A DNA stretch of 64,000 nt from Caecitellus pseudoparvulus (taxonomy: Eukaryota; Protista; Bigyra: Bicosoecida): positions 744,001-808,000 of the forward strand of contig CBFFRQ010000031.1 of NCBI GenBank assembly GCA_965644315.1, read 5' to 3'. The notes below the pieces were generated by a model. It did not search any database. It saw only the letters and a list, made by a program, of their open reading frames with translations, and was not told where the DNA came from. A program made the translations under genes and the position numbers. Of this stretch, positions 23,335 to 35,937 are shown piece by piece. Each line of letters opens with the position of its first letter. Position 1 is the stretch's first letter.

Positions 23335-24722
23335 TCACAAGTGGCCAGTCAACTGCAAGATGCTTAGCACGATGCAGACGCTCCCCACTACTTTCAGGGC
23401 GAAGTTCAGCGGGTGCAGAGTGCTGGCAGCCTCTGCGGCTGTCACCCCGACCCACTCCTTCAGGTACGTGCAGGCTAGTAGGGCTGCCACCCAGCACAGC
23501 ACTACACGGACGAGGGTCATTTCAAGATACACTGCGTTGACATTCGGGAAGGCAGTTGCGAGGTAGAAGAAGACAAACTCCCTCGCAAACATGAGGCCCC
23601 GAAACGGAACGAGGGTCAGCCATTGAGTCTCCCTCCAGGTCTGCGCAAGCACCCCCCAGAAAGTCAGCCCAGAGGGGTTCTCTCTGCTTTGACGCTGCTC
23701 CAGGACTGCCTCTGGCTCGCCTAGTGCTCTGAGCAGGGTGGGGCTCTGGTACAGCGCCCAAGCAACGGGCAGTGAAGTCACAGGCAGCAGAATTTGGTCG
23801 ATGGCAGCGTAGCCAAACATGTTCAAGCCGGCCTTGCTCTCGAAGTACGTTGTGACCACTATGCCGATGCCGGCTGTCAGTGCCAAAACCGCAAAGGCAG
23901 CGGCCACCGTCAAGGTGTGCGCACAAGATACGGCGTGGAGCTGGTCTGCACTGCCCTCAACTTCCATCGGCTGCAATCCGCCCTCCTCATCTGAACTGGA
24001 CCTCGAAGGAGGGACCGTGGTGTGCGCATCCCCACGTGATTCTGCTGCCCCATGCGGCGGCGTCCCCAGGCGTGAGTACGCTCCTGTGGCGGCAGGCCCG
24101 ACGAGAGCTCGCAAGGCTGTGCAGGGTGAGCTCACAGCGCCCCGCCACCATGCCGTAGAGAGCAGCTGGTCAGCTGCGCCAGCAGGCAGCTCTGTGATGC
24201 ACAAGAGCGTACCCAAGATTGCAGCCACCACGGCCCCCGCCTCCAACGTCCGCTCAGGCGGCATGCCTACAATCTGCTGAAAGGGGTCGATGAAGAAGGA
24301 CGCCAGCAAGAACGCCAGTACGACAAGGATGACGCCCAAGGGCTCGCGCAGGACATAAATAAGCGCAATCCAGTACACGGTGTTGTTTACAGCGTTGATC
24401 CATAGACCTGAGCGTCAGCGATGTTCAGGTGGGTCGTGCACGCAGCCAGCCGCGCATGACCGCGCCGGCACTCACCGGGGTGCCGCTGGAGCTCAGCCCA
24501 CATGCCCAGAGCACCTTGTCCGTCAGTCAGATGGGGTGCCGCCAGTTCAAAGACCAGCAGCACAACAAATGCCTGCACGGCACTGTACACGACAGTGGAG
24601 AGGAGCAGGCGGAGATTCGAGTGTTGGTGGCAAGCTCGCCCGGCACGCTGCCCGAACAGCTCCCCACCCGCAGACAGTGACTGAGCCAGTAGAATCCATC
24701 CGAAGTTCGGTCTGTCTGACAT
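23335..24722 (-). CDS. Multi-pass membrane protein, possible DMT-superfamily transporter
   Basis: Exon from ATG 24722, intron ~24475-24407, then a 347-aa ORF; about 9-10 hydrophobic segments in two halves separated by a polar loop. Confidence 0.55.
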
Positions 24723-24951
24723 GCTTCGTGCTGCTTAGCCAGCGGCCGAGCCTGCAACGGGCAGCACGACCAGCCGCACCCTCAGAATCCCCGCACCACT
24801 GCTTTGAAGGCGAAGGCTTGTCCTGCACAGCGCGAAAGAGGATTCAAAACGCACGCTCCTCGACGTCTGTACGTTTGGGTGTGCAGCTTCATTTGTTTCA
24901 TTCTCAAAAATGCCCCGCCTTCGTCTTGAGTGAACGGCAACTGCATACGTA

Positions 24952-26547
24952 ATGCTTTGTGCCAATTTCCGCAGGGCCTGCACGACGGGCGTAAGGAAAT
25001 GGTTGGCACAGGGCCTTGAGCGTTCTGGCACATCCAGGCCAGTGCCACCGTACACTTTGTGCCTGGCTGCTGTCAGCTTTGGTGCTGCAGCATGCACGGC
25101 TGCTGTGTGCGCTGACGGAGAGGAAGGTGCCGGCGTGGTGGGCTTGCCGGACCTCAGCATTGTGGCTGCCACACCAGGCGGCGCTGTGACTGCCGTGCGC
25201 ACAAAGGTCGTCGACCAGGCCCTGGAGCACGCACATGGACTTGTGCGGTCTGGGCACCCAGCTTCAGCTTCAGCCACACTGACCATGCTCCAAACTCTGC
25301 TGAGAGACTCGGATGCCCGACAAGCTGCTCGCTCACACCTTGGCATGGCAGCCTGGGAGCCCCTCCTGGCCCTGGTCAAGGAGCAGATTCCGGGTGCGCT
25401 CCCCCTTGCCGTTGAGTTTGCCGAGAGTGGTGTCCCTTTGGAGGGGGCGAGCGCTCAGCTCGCCGCAGCGGCGACACAGCACCTGCACTCCTCTCCGCGC
25501 GATGCATTCGCGCTTCTGGCGGCTGCCCTGAACCAATACGCTGAAGGGGAGCTTGACAGTGCCGAGGCATTCCCCATCGGGATTTCCCACGTTGTGCAGG
25601 GGGCTGTGCAGGCATACGCGGCAGCATGTGCCGAGGGGGGAGCAAATGACCTGACAGCCTCGCCTGCTCAGCCACAGCCTGTGGCCTTGACGCCGCGCAG
25701 TTGGAAGTCGGGGCAGCCAAGCAGAGCTGCACATACTGCTGATACAGGCCTCGTGTACTCTGCGCTCCATGCGGGACCTGCAGCTGACCCGGCTGATGTC
25801 ATTCAGGTCTTGCTTGGACTCCTGCGTTGCACTCGGTTGGAGGCTGCCACATTCTTCAAAGCAGGGGGCTTACCTGTCCTGCTGCATGCTGCCAGCCAAC
25901 CCGTCGCAGAGTCAAGTGCTGTGGGACGGAACAACACGCCCGTGCAGGCTCTCGCCGCCATCCGCACATTGCTGCAGCTGCACGCAGCGCCGAAGCGCAC
26001 CGTGAAAGTGGTCGCGAGGAAAGAACACCTGCAGCGCATGCACGTGCCACTGCACCCGACAGCACAGTCAGCGCAAGACTTGTCTCGGCATTTCGCTGCG
26101 ACAGATGCTGTGAAGGTTGTCATTAACGTTGCGCTGCACCACCCCGACATCTGGACACGCCGGGCAGCGTGTGAGTGCTTGGAGTGCGTCGCGTACAGGC
26201 CGGTCTCGTGGGGCAGGCCAGGCCCCGGCATGTTGAAACCTGGTACGGTGCGTGCGTGTCCTGCAGCACCCGTTGGGTGCAGCGCCGCAACGTGGACTTC
26301 CCTGCTTTGGGGTGTGGCAGCGTGGGGCAGTGCAGGCTCGGGCCCCTGCCTGGCACTGCACCCAACGGACAGTGAGGGGGGGTGCTATACGCCGCCAGCA
26401 TCTGTAGATGGGGAGCAGAAACCTCCCCACTCTGCAGCCTTCCTCCGCAGTGTTCTGCAGTCGGCTGGAAAGGCTGACTGGCTTGCAGAGAAGTGGGCCA
26501 AAGCGGGTAGAGCTGCGTTGCAGGATGAGAGGCAGGACGCTGTTTGA
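24952..26547 (+). CDS. Hypothetical helical (ARM-like) protein
   Basis: 531-aa ORF with ARM-like stretches (FFKAGGLPVLL, TRRAACECLECV); start uncertain. Confidence 0.5.
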   Translation: MLCANFRRACTTGVRKWLAQGLERSGTSRPVPPYTLCLAAVSFGAAACTAAVCADGEEGAGVVGLPDLSIVAATPGGAVTAVRTKVVDQALEHAHGLVRSGHPASASATLTMLQTLLRDSDARQAARSHLGMAAWEPLLALVKEQIPGALPLAVEFAESGVPLEGASAQLAAAATQHLHSSPRDAFALLAAALNQYAEGELDSAEAFPIGISHVVQGAVQAYAAACAEGGANDLTASPAQPQPVALTPRSWKSGQPSRAAHTADTGLVYSALHAGPAADPADVIQVLLGLLRCTRLEAATFFKAGGLPVLLHAASQPVAESSAVGRNNTPVQALAAIRTLLQLHAAPKRTVKVVARKEHLQRMHVPLHPTAQSAQDLSRHFAATDAVKVVINVALHHPDIWTRRAACECLECVAYRPVSWGRPGPGMLKPGTVRACPAAPVGCSAATWTSLLWGVAAWGSAGSGPCLALHPTDSEGGCYTPPASVDGEQKPPHSAAFLRSVLQSAGKADWLAEKWAKAGRAALQDERQDAV

Positions 26548-26582
26548 ATTGCAGTGGACAGGCGGCCAGTCTCACGGCTGGG

Positions 26583-28218
26583 TCACCTCATGCGGCTTGT
26601 GGCGGAGCGTGTGCGAGTTGCCGGGCCTGCCTGCTTCCGAACCAGCGTGCGCTTTGACGTGGTCTTGCTCACCACTCCAGCAACCTTGACTGGCTGGCCG
26701 GACCCTTTCCCTCGACTGGCCAAGACCTGCTTGGACTTCTGCTGCTTGCCTTCAGGGTTGCCATGTGCCTCCACCAGCACCCTCCGTGCCTTGTTCGGCG
26801 GCGTCGTTGCCGCCACTGGTGTCGGCTCAGGCGCCGGCTCAGAGGTGATGGAGGCCGGCTCTGATGTGACCAACTCTGGCTCCGTCGTGCACTCAGGTGC
26901 CACATGCTCTGAATCTGCACCTCCTGCTGCGCCGGCTGCTGCAGCTGATTGTGGTTCGCCACTTACAGAGCTAGCCCTCAAGATTGCCTCCCGGGCGAGC
27001 TTGGTTCCAGCGGTGCTGGGGGTGAAGGAGCCTTCCGCTGGCTCACCGCAGTGGCGCACCATCCACGGGTGGCGCCTGATGGCAGCGGGGCGCAGGCGCT
27101 TGTCCTGGTCACTGGTCAGCATACCTTGCAGGAGATCAGCTGCTTCCGAGGAAATGTGCCCCGGCACTTGGAAGGTGCCGTCGATGATGCGATCAGTGAT
27201 GGCTGCAATGCGGGCGTCCTCATCTGCCTCTTCAGCATCCCCAGGCGTCTCGAAAGGGGTCGTGCCGGCCAGCATTTCAAAGAGTAGGATGCCCAGAGTC
27301 CAAATGTCGAATGCACCAGAGTAGGCGTCCTCCGACACCACCTCTGGTGGCATGTACTCCGGTGTCCCGCACAGGGTGATGCGGTACGAATCTGGCACCA
27401 TGGCCACGGCCCAGCCAAAGTCAGCCAGCTTGAGGCGCAGGCTCCCTGCATCAGGGCCTGACTTCACACGGTGAACCAAAATGTTCTCTGGCTTGATGTC
27501 CCGGTGAATAATTGGCACTGCCTTGGCGGTTCGGAGGTAGTGCAGGACCCTGCGAGGCGAGCAATGCAGGCAGTGAGGGAACGGGCCAGAGATCTGCTTG
27601 GCAAGTGCCGCTCACTCAATCATCTGCAGCAGGTACTGTGCGGCAGTCGGTTCGTCCAGGAAGCCTTGAGGGCAGGCTTGCAGCATGTCGTACAGAGTTC
27701 CGCCATTGGCATACTCCAGGACCAAGAAGACTGTGAGCAGGGCGCACTAGAAGCTGTGTTGCGCATGAAGCGGAGTCCTGCTGCTACAAGGTAACGCACT
27801 CTTGTCTGAGGTCTGGAAGTAGCAGTACATGCGCACGATATTGTTGTGGCGACACCGGTAGTGAATCTCAATCTCCCGCTTGATCTGCCCCACGACGTCC
27901 GCCTTCTGCCAAGGCAAATGAGCTGGCATGCAGGCGGAAATTGAGGCTCCATCTGACGCGGCAGCCCACTCACGACCAGCGCATCCTTCATCATCATCTT
28001 CAGCACGACCACTTTGCCTGAAGCAATGTGCTTGGCTTTCCAGACTCGGCCTGTGAGAGCAGAGCAAGTGTCGATGCAAGGTGCGGCACCTGTGTCACTT
28101 GTGTCAACGCCTGCCTCCGCGCCAACGCCAGACCCCACGCACCAAAAATGCCCTGCCCCAACGGCTTTCCCAAAGCAAAGTCCTCCAACTTCATGGATGC
28201 TTCTCTCACACTCGCCAT
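26583..28218 (-). CDS. Aurora kinase
   Basis: Spliced exons give LEDFALGKPLGQGIFG, QIKREIEIH, LVLEYANGG, IIHRDIKPENIL, LADFGWAV, TLCGTPEYMPPE. Confidence 0.9.
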
Positions 28219-28660
28219 GACTTCCTCCAGTCCTCGCCTGTGGCAGAATGCGGTTCTCCTGCTCTTGAGCACGATCCCCGCCGTCTCGCAGTGGTGCAGA
28301 GCAGCGGCTTGAGGGGCTGCAAGGGCTGCAGCAGTGATGCAAAGCTCTCGGGGGCAAAACGTCGAGGTTTGGCTTGTTGGGGTGGGCAATTTGTTTGTAG
28401 CCGAGAATGTAAGCCAAGTCAAAGAGCCTTAGAAACAGATGCTAGGTGACGAGTGGTATGCGGGACTGGCTCAGGCGTGCGAACCTGGCCTCCGTTTCTG
28501 GTCTTTGCTCGCTTCACAGAAGAAGCTGCGCGCAATAACTAAAACATCCTCTGCCCCGCCAACCAACGGGCATTGCACCCCCTCCCCTTCGGCATCTCCC
28601 GTGCTAGGCTTGCACGTTCCCGACCTGCAGCCCACTTTGCTTTGGACGAGACTGCGAGAC

Positions 28661-30429
28661 ATGGCCAGCACCACGCCAAGTGACGCAAGCGGAGGGCTGC
28701 CCAGCGTGGGAGGGGAGGTTATGGCAGCCTACCCATCCCTTGACATGATTCGAAGCAATGGGGATGCTTTGAAAGGTTTCAAGCTCTGTCCTGTTGTGCG
28801 GTGAGTGTGAGCCCTGGGGTGTGCGGAACTTCGTGCGCCCAGCCAGAGCTCGACGCCCCACGACGCCACAGGGAGATTATGAGCGACCTGTACACACCGA
28901 CGACAGCTCTCCTGAAATTGAAGTCAGCAGCCTCGCCTGAAGATGCCGAGCAATGCTTCCTGCTGGAGTCAGTTGAAGGCGGGGAGGCGCTGGGACGGTG
29001 GAGCATGCTTGGGGTTGGACCGTCGCGGGTTGTGACTGTGGGCTCCGGGGCCGGTCATACGGCATGTGCTGACCCCATGTCTGTGCTGGAAGAGGAGCTT
29101 GCTGAGTACCAGGGCAGTGTGGTGACGCCTGCTGCGCTGGAGCAGCGCGCGGCAGGTGGCCCAGTCCAGGCTGGTTCTCTTCACAAGACCTTGAAGAGCT
29201 TGCCGCCCTTCACAGGCGGGGCGGTGGGGTATGTCGGCTACGACTGCGTGCGGTTTTTTGAACCCAAGACAGCAGCTGCCATTGACGCCCAGGAGGATGC
29301 CCTGGGCATCCCAGATGCAACGTTCATGGTGTTCCACTCCTTCCTCGCCTTCGACCACATGCGCCACACGGTCCTGCTGATCAGCCTCATGACGTTGCCC
29401 CCAGCCGGAGCAGAGGGCAGAGATCTCGAGGCTGCCTTTCTTGAGGCCCAGGGCCGCCTGGACTGGCTCCAAACGGCCTTGGGCAGCCCGGTGGACCCAT
29501 CGTTGCTTAACCCCGCCTCTGGCGAGATGGATGGGACAACGGTGCCTGATGCCAGCAACGTCTCCCAGCTAAGCAACGTGGGGGAGGACGGTTACAAGGG
29601 CTTTGTGCGGGAGCTGAAGAAGCACGTGACGGCAGGGGACATCATCCAAGCTGTTCCCTCGCACAGAGTGACTGTACCAGTGCCTGCAGCTGTCACGCCC
29701 CTGCAAGTGTACCGCCAAATGCGGGTTGTGAACCCTTCTCCGTACATGTTCTACGTTGAGATGGCAGGTGGATTGAGCATCGTGGGTGCGAGCCCTGAGA
29801 TGTTGGCCAAGGTGGATGCCGCGCGGCGCGTCGAGACACACCCCATCGCAGGCACCCGCAAACGGGGGGCAACTGCGGCGGAGGACTTGGCCCTGGAGAA
29901 GGACCTGCTGGGGGACATCAAGGAGCGGGCCGAGCACGTGATGCTGGTGGACCTTGGCCGCAATGATGTCGGGCGGGTGGCCACTCCCGGTACGGTGAGC
30001 GTGGACAGCCTCATGGGCATTGAGCGCTACTCTCACGTCATGCACATCGTCAGCGTCGTGACGGGGGAGCTCGCGGCGGACAAGAGCACTTACGACGCTT
30101 TCCGATCCATTTTCCCCGCTGGAACTCTCTCTGGCGCTCCCAAAGTGCGGGCCATGGAGCTGGTGGCCAGCTTGGAGCCCCAGCGGCGCGGGATTTACGG
30201 CGGAGCAGTCGGCTGGTGGGGGTACGATGACACCATGGACACAGCCATTGCCATCCGCACGGCAGTCATCAAGACGGATGCCGCATCAAGCAATCGGAAG
30301 GTGTACCTGCAGGCCGGGGGCGGCATCGTCTTTGACTCCGTGGAGCATGATGAATGGATTGAGACTGTGAACAAGCTCGGGAGCGCTGTGAAGGCTGTGG
30401 CAGGGACCATGCGCCGCACAGCCCAGTAA
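28661..30429 (+). CDS. trpE: Anthranilate synthase component I
   Basis: FLLESVEGG, GGAVGYVGYD, NPSPYMF, GASPEML, PIAGTRKRG, AEHVMLVDLGRND, FPAGTLSGAPKVRAM, AGGGIVFDS; intron 28801-28870. Confidence 0.95.
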
Positions 30430-30456
30430 TGCATGCAGCAGCGGTGATATATGGCG

Positions 30457-33400
30457 CTACGATCCTCTGGCAGCATTGGCGGCGTCCAGGCGAGCAGCAA
30501 GACGGCTTGACAGCACCTCGGTGCGATGCCCCACGTGGGACTGCAAGGTGTCCCGGCGCCCGCTGGCAATGAGCAGGATGTCTTCCAGCAGCTGTCTATT
30601 GAGAAGAACATCAATGTGGTCCCCTGCCTCGGCACTCCCCGACCGTAGCATGTCCACACCTCCTCGAAGGAGGCCCTCCTGGGACACTGCATAGGCGAAC
30701 TGGGACAGCGCGCCGGCGAGCGCGGTGGAAGAGGCTGCACGCAAGGATGTGAGCAGGCGCTGGGTACTGCTCAGCACCTGCCCAGCACTGCCCTGTGCAA
30801 CGCCGGAACCCATCTCACGTAGCCACGTGGCGAAGGCGCCTCCATCCGCGGAGGCCGGCTCAGCCTGCTTGGCTTCAGGCTCAACGCAGTACTCCCGAGT
30901 GACACACGAGATGTTCGCGGGGTTCAACTCGGGACGCTGCCAACCCTTGTTGCACATGTACCCCAGAGAGGCCAGAGGGACTGCAGAGTCCCCGCTTGAC
31001 TGCAGGACACCGCTGGAGATGCCAGCGGCGGGTGCATGCGCGGCCGGCGCCACGTGCAACGGGTACACCACGCGCGCCGGGAGCCCCTGCCGAGTGCTGT
31101 TGAGGGAAGCTGACCCATTGTTGGCAATGGACACTTCCTTTGCAAGCACTGCTGCCGTGTGCCACTTGGTGGACGGCTCAGCCTGGATGCCTGTGAAAAG
31201 GGAACGGGTGCCTCGCGTTGCAGGGAGGGGCGGCAGAGCGCCGGGACACAGGGACCACGCACCTTCGAACACATACCCACGTTCTGCAAGCTGCCCTACC
31301 CCGTACATTGCGTAGAACTTCAACGAAGGAGCTGCAGGGAGGGGCACAGAGAGGGGGTTCATCCAGTATGGATGAGGCAGGCCTCCTGCGCTGCGCCGCC
31401 AGGCTTCTGGCTTAGAAGAGGGGGTGTACTGATGAAAATCTTCGCGGGACACGTGCGCAGTCAGCCAGGCATCCTCTAGGTTGAACCCTGCAGAAGCTTG
31501 GGTAGCCGTCGCGGCCGCAAGGCGGTCCAAGTCTGGCACTGCCGTGGCGGTAAGGGCGATGTTGGAAAGGGCCTTATGCATGAACCGCGGGCTTTGTGCC
31601 GCAAGCAGGCGCAAGACACCCTCTGCTGAGTATTGCGCCCCATGGGGGGTGTCAACATACACTCCGTCCCAGGGCCGAGTGGAGGGATCCACCTGCTGGT
31701 CCGTGCTTGGGAGCGGCACAACCCGCCGAGGCGGCTCATCCACTCCCTCCACATCGAACAAGTGCCAATCCATAGGCAACGGAGTCCCCAGCACGTGCCC
31801 CATGCGAATGCGCTCGTCGCAAGCAAGCAGTTCCGCTGTGAGGTTGAACGGTACACCGTCTGCTTCCTCCTCTGAAGGCGGGCGAACGTACTTGACGCAG
31901 GCAGCTGACAAATTGTCGCGCAAGGTGGGAGATGGTGGGGCAGGAGGCAGGTCGTGCTTCGTGGGCAGGTCATCGGAGGGTGGCTCTGGAGGCCCTGTGT
32001 CCTCCCCTGACCACAGTCGATGCTGGGACTTGAGTGTCTCCTGGAGAGCAGCTGCCATTTCCCGTGTATCATTCTGAACTCGAAGGGCAAGCTGACGCAA
32101 AGCGCGGCTTGTCGCGGCAACCGAAGAGGAAGAGTCGTCCTCCGGCGAGTAGTCTCTGGACAGAACAGTCAGCATGGAGCCATAGTCGGCATGCCCCGGC
32201 ACTTGGTCAGGTGCTGCCCACTGGGATTCCACCCCCACCCACGAGCTCCTGGCACCGCTTTCATGCAGGCCACTTGGCCGGGCTACGCCTGCCGCCACGG
32301 CTGCGTCGGGGGGGAGGTCCCCTGCACAGACGGCCGTACATATGTCTGCGTCCCAGCCGGCTTGCAGCGACACTGGCAGCGGCATCTGCCCCGCCTCTTC
32401 CTGCTGACAGGCACAAGGAACGCTGCGGTTGAACGCTGCGAGTTGTTGTGGAGCGCCCAGTGGCTTCCCCCACACGGCATCACCACCGAGAGGCAGCATG
32501 GTGGTCAGCGATGACATGCTGCGAAACAGCCGACGCGTGTCCTTGTCAGAGAGCACGGAGTTCTTCACAGCCCGCAGCAGCGGCGGCATGGACACAACTT
32601 CTCGCGTTTCGCCGCTCAGCAGCGTTGCGACAGTCTTCGGCACGCCCAGCATGGGGCAGGCCAGGTACGCGACGGAGTGCAAGTACGTCTCTGCCCACCA
32701 CCCGCCAGCGACGAGAGGGTCGGAGCACGGCTGCCCTGCAAAAGAGGAGTTCCCAGAAACCCTGCCTGCCTCACACGGCATGCTGGCACCAACTCCCTCT
32801 GCCTGGGGCGAGTGCACCCATTGCAAGAAGTACTGCAGCACGTTGCCACCCATGGAGTGGGCGACGATGACGGCGCCGTGCCCGCCGTTCACACGCACCA
32901 TGAGCTCAATGTGCACCTTCAGCAAGGAGAAGTAGGAGTCCCTGCGCTGGAGGTCCCACGGCGCCAGGCGCCAGTCATATGAGGCCATGTGGATGCTATT
33001 GGCGTCATATCCCAGGTCTGCCAAGTTGCGCACCAGCGGCCCCCACAGGGAGTACGCCTGCATCATGACGTCTGCGGCTCCGATGCCGAGGGCGGGGCGC
33101 AGCTTCACCCCCCGGGGGTCCATGCCCGTCGTCTCGTTCAGCAGCATGTGGCGCAGCCAGCAGGCGTTATTGGTGAGGAGTTTGCGCAGCATGACAGGGC
33201 CGCCCCAAATGCGTTCCCGGAAGTGGCTCTGCATGCAGGGCTGGGCTTCCCACACCTCCAGCCCAGTGGAAGTGATGCCGGGGATGAAAACCATGGGGTG
33301 CTTCTTCCCCACGCCTTGTGACGCAAGACGCTGGCCTGGCCGAGCTTGTGCCTCCCCTGCACCCTCACCCTCCGCGAAGGTTGCCAGAGCTGGGTGCAGG

Positions 33401-33728
33401 GCGTCGGATATGGCCGGGAGCAGCAGGGTGCTGAAGCCAGCTACCATCATCGTCACTGCTAAGACGATCCATACTGCCTTTACTGCAGAGGTCAGGCAGT
33501 GGCGAGGCGCAGCGCAGCGGGAGGGGGCCGGCGCCTGCTTTCTTGGCGAGAAAGCCACTGGAGCTGGGATCGGCGCAAGGGCGAGCAGTGTGCAGTGAAC
33601 TTCTTTCCCGCGGGCAGGCGCACCGACTCACACGTTCCAGCATCAACACCTCTTGGTGGAGGATCGGCACTGATGGAAGGAGGAGGCGAGCGGGACTGGC
33701 CCCCCTTCTTCTTGCGTCGCCGAACCAT
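30457..33728 (-). CDS. Phospholipid:diacylglycerol acyltransferase (LCAT/Lro1 family)
   Basis: N-terminal TM segment; IPGITSTGLEVW, YDWRL, lipase box AHSMG, GDSAVPLASLGYMC, DHIDVL. Probable first exon MVRRRK from ATG 33728. Confidence 0.9.
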
Positions 33729-33878
33729 TCGTGCGAAGCTCGCGGAAATTGAGTAAAGTGACGTGGAGACCACAGGCCCTGTAGCCTCCGAGGAACGTCC
33801 ACAGCGTACGACGAACAATTTCTAAAAGGTGAACGACGCACATGTTGAGGGAGTGTACATTGAATTTGCAGTCTCCCC

Positions 33879-35144
33879 ATGCACACGGTTGGTCAGCGGA
33901 TTCCCACGTCCCAGGCCCGCACCGCTGGGATCGGGGTGGGAACCATGCCGATGTCGTTTCAGCTGGCAATCGTGCCGTGGCCAGAGCAGCGGCGCTGGCT
34001 GATTCTGGAGACGCGTTGGTCCCTACTGCAGGGCGGGGAGCCCACAGTGCTCGAAGCTTGGGTGGAAGCGAGGAGTGATGAGGGTAGCTCGTCGCTGTGC
34101 GACGCTACAGCCCAGGCAAGCTTGCCCTGCAAGAGCGCCGAAGGCAACGCCCAGGTCTTCCTCTCAGGCCTTCATGAAGGCGAGTCCACTCATAGCACCT
34201 GCATACAGGTGAGGATGTGGTCGGACGCAGTGGTTGACAGTGGGGCCTGTGTGAGCACAGTTGGCGCCAAGGCCAGAGCGCTGGCTCGCAGCTTTCAGCG
34301 CCGCATCGGAAGGGAGTGCCGGGCCGCGCTTGAAGCTGCTGACCTGAAACGCCAGGCACTGACAGACTTCAGTTCTTCTGAGCAGTCCTCTCTGCGCCGC
34401 GCTGCTGACTTTGAGCGAGCAGCGCGGGCTGCCGCGGCTTGTGTCCATTACGTGCTGCAGCTCTGCCTGCGCGATTGGCGATCACAGGAGGCGCTGCAGG
34501 CACAGAGGAAGGCCCACAAGGAGCGGCCATTTGCTTCTCGCTGGGATTGCACCAGCCCCCGGCCTTTTCCCGGCTGCACGCCTGGCGAGCAGGCTGTGCT
34601 GTGCGAGCTGCAAGAGCTTGGGGTTTGTAGTGGTGGAAGTCAAGCCCCCGAGGCCGCTCAGCACGACGAGGAGGACGTCATGCACGACCCCCTCTTGGAT
34701 TCGTTTCTAGCTGGCCAGGAGGAGTCTGCCAGTCCTGCTGCTTCCCTTGTCCCTGAGTTACTAGCTGCTCGGGTAGTGGCAAAGGAGGGTGGTGCATCGG
34801 GCTACATCCGGGCTGCCCCACGAGGCCCCCTGCGGGCCCAGCGAGCGCACATTGCCGCAGCAAGAACCCTCGCTGCGCAAAAACAGCGCCTACGCAGTTC
34901 GGTCCGACTTGATGCTGCTGCAGCTTCGGCTGCTGAGCATTGTGCATCGGCCGGAGCTGGGGACAGGAGCGACATTGCTCTAGGTTCGCAGTCAGAAGGA
35001 AGCACTTGCGATGAACCACCTCAACAGTTAGCACAGATCGTGTCCGGATTGCTCACAGCACAACCAGTGAGACACTCTGCTTCGTTTGGGCAGTGGGGAG
35101 AGTTCTTCGTGGGACCGCTCTATGCTCCGGCGTGGCTTGGTTGA
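33879..35144 (+). CDS. Hypothetical protein
   Basis: 421-aa ORF with host-like composition; no motif recognised. Confidence 0.5.
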   Translation: MHTVGQRIPTSQARTAGIGVGTMPMSFQLAIVPWPEQRRWLILETRWSLLQGGEPTVLEAWVEARSDEGSSSLCDATAQASLPCKSAEGNAQVFLSGLHEGESTHSTCIQVRMWSDAVVDSGACVSTVGAKARALARSFQRRIGRECRAALEAADLKRQALTDFSSSEQSSLRRAADFERAARAAAACVHYVLQLCLRDWRSQEALQAQRKAHKERPFASRWDCTSPRPFPGCTPGEQAVLCELQELGVCSGGSQAPEAAQHDEEDVMHDPLLDSFLAGQEESASPAASLVPELLAARVVAKEGGASGYIRAAPRGPLRAQRAHIAAARTLAAQKQRLRSSVRLDAAAASAAEHCASAGAGDRSDIALGSQSEGSTCDEPPQQLAQIVSGLLTAQPVRHSASFGQWGEFFVGPLYAPAWLG

Positions 35145-35334
35145 CGGAACAAGGACAAGACGGCAAGTCCCCCACACCGCTTGTTGCGTGGTGGTGCCGT
35201 TGAGAATTCCCACATTCTGGCTGCAGAAGCAGGGTGCAGTCTTTGCTTGCCAAGCTCCTCCAGCGACCTGCAACGTTGCGCATGGGGTAGGGCCTGCCAA
35301 GTGACAGTGGGCAGTAACGGGGGATCGGTGCAGT

Positions 35335-35489
35335 GGAGGCTCCCATGGTGCGGTTTCAGCCTCCTTCGCATGCACTGGGGGTTCAACCAGACCTGTGCTT
35401 GACCTTGTGGGCTGTACAGGCGGAAAGTGTGCCAGTCGGCGCGAGTCCAGCACTGGGCGACTGGAGTGCGCTTGGCCCCCCCTGACTGG
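35335..35489. repeat. Degenerate direct repeat, left copy (core; weaker similarity back to ~35195)
   Basis: Shares GGCTCCC.TGGTGC, TGCACTGGGGGTTCAAC, GACCTGTGCTTGA, GTGTGCCAGTC.GCGCGAGTCCAGCAC and CCCCTGACTGG with 38218-38371. Confidence 0.85.
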
Positions 35490-35937
35490 CGGAGCCTTCC
35501 TGCAGCGTACCGGATCACGAGTCTCTGTCGCGCAGTCAGCGGATTGGCGGCGTCCCAGCATGCTGCAAGTTGCAGCGCAGGTAATCAGCCCAATCCACCC
35601 TCGGCGGCAGCTGTGTTCCGCGACAGATCTGGGGCGAGTGGCATGCAGCGGGTGAGGAGTGAAGGGAGCCAGGCATGGCGTCGGCGTAAGAGACTGGGTA
35701 CACATTGCTACCTTGCATTCCAACTGCTGCGCTACAGCCTGCCTCGTTGGTGCCGTCTGGGTCGCCGAGACGGCGCGCTGAGAGCCCTCACCATGTCAGG
35801 GTTCGAAGGCTTTAGTCATCCATACCGCACAGCACTGGCCCGTCGGTGGGCCGCTCCAGCACACCTCCCAGAGGACTCTGCACCTTCGGCGAGGCGCGGG
35901 CCATGGGCAACTCAGCCTTGCTCGCTGTCGTCTGCAT

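Noticed and set aside
28661-30429. trpE as a recent bacterial horizontal transfer
   Set aside because: It has a spliceosomal intron and host-like composition, and the gene is widespread in eukaryotes.
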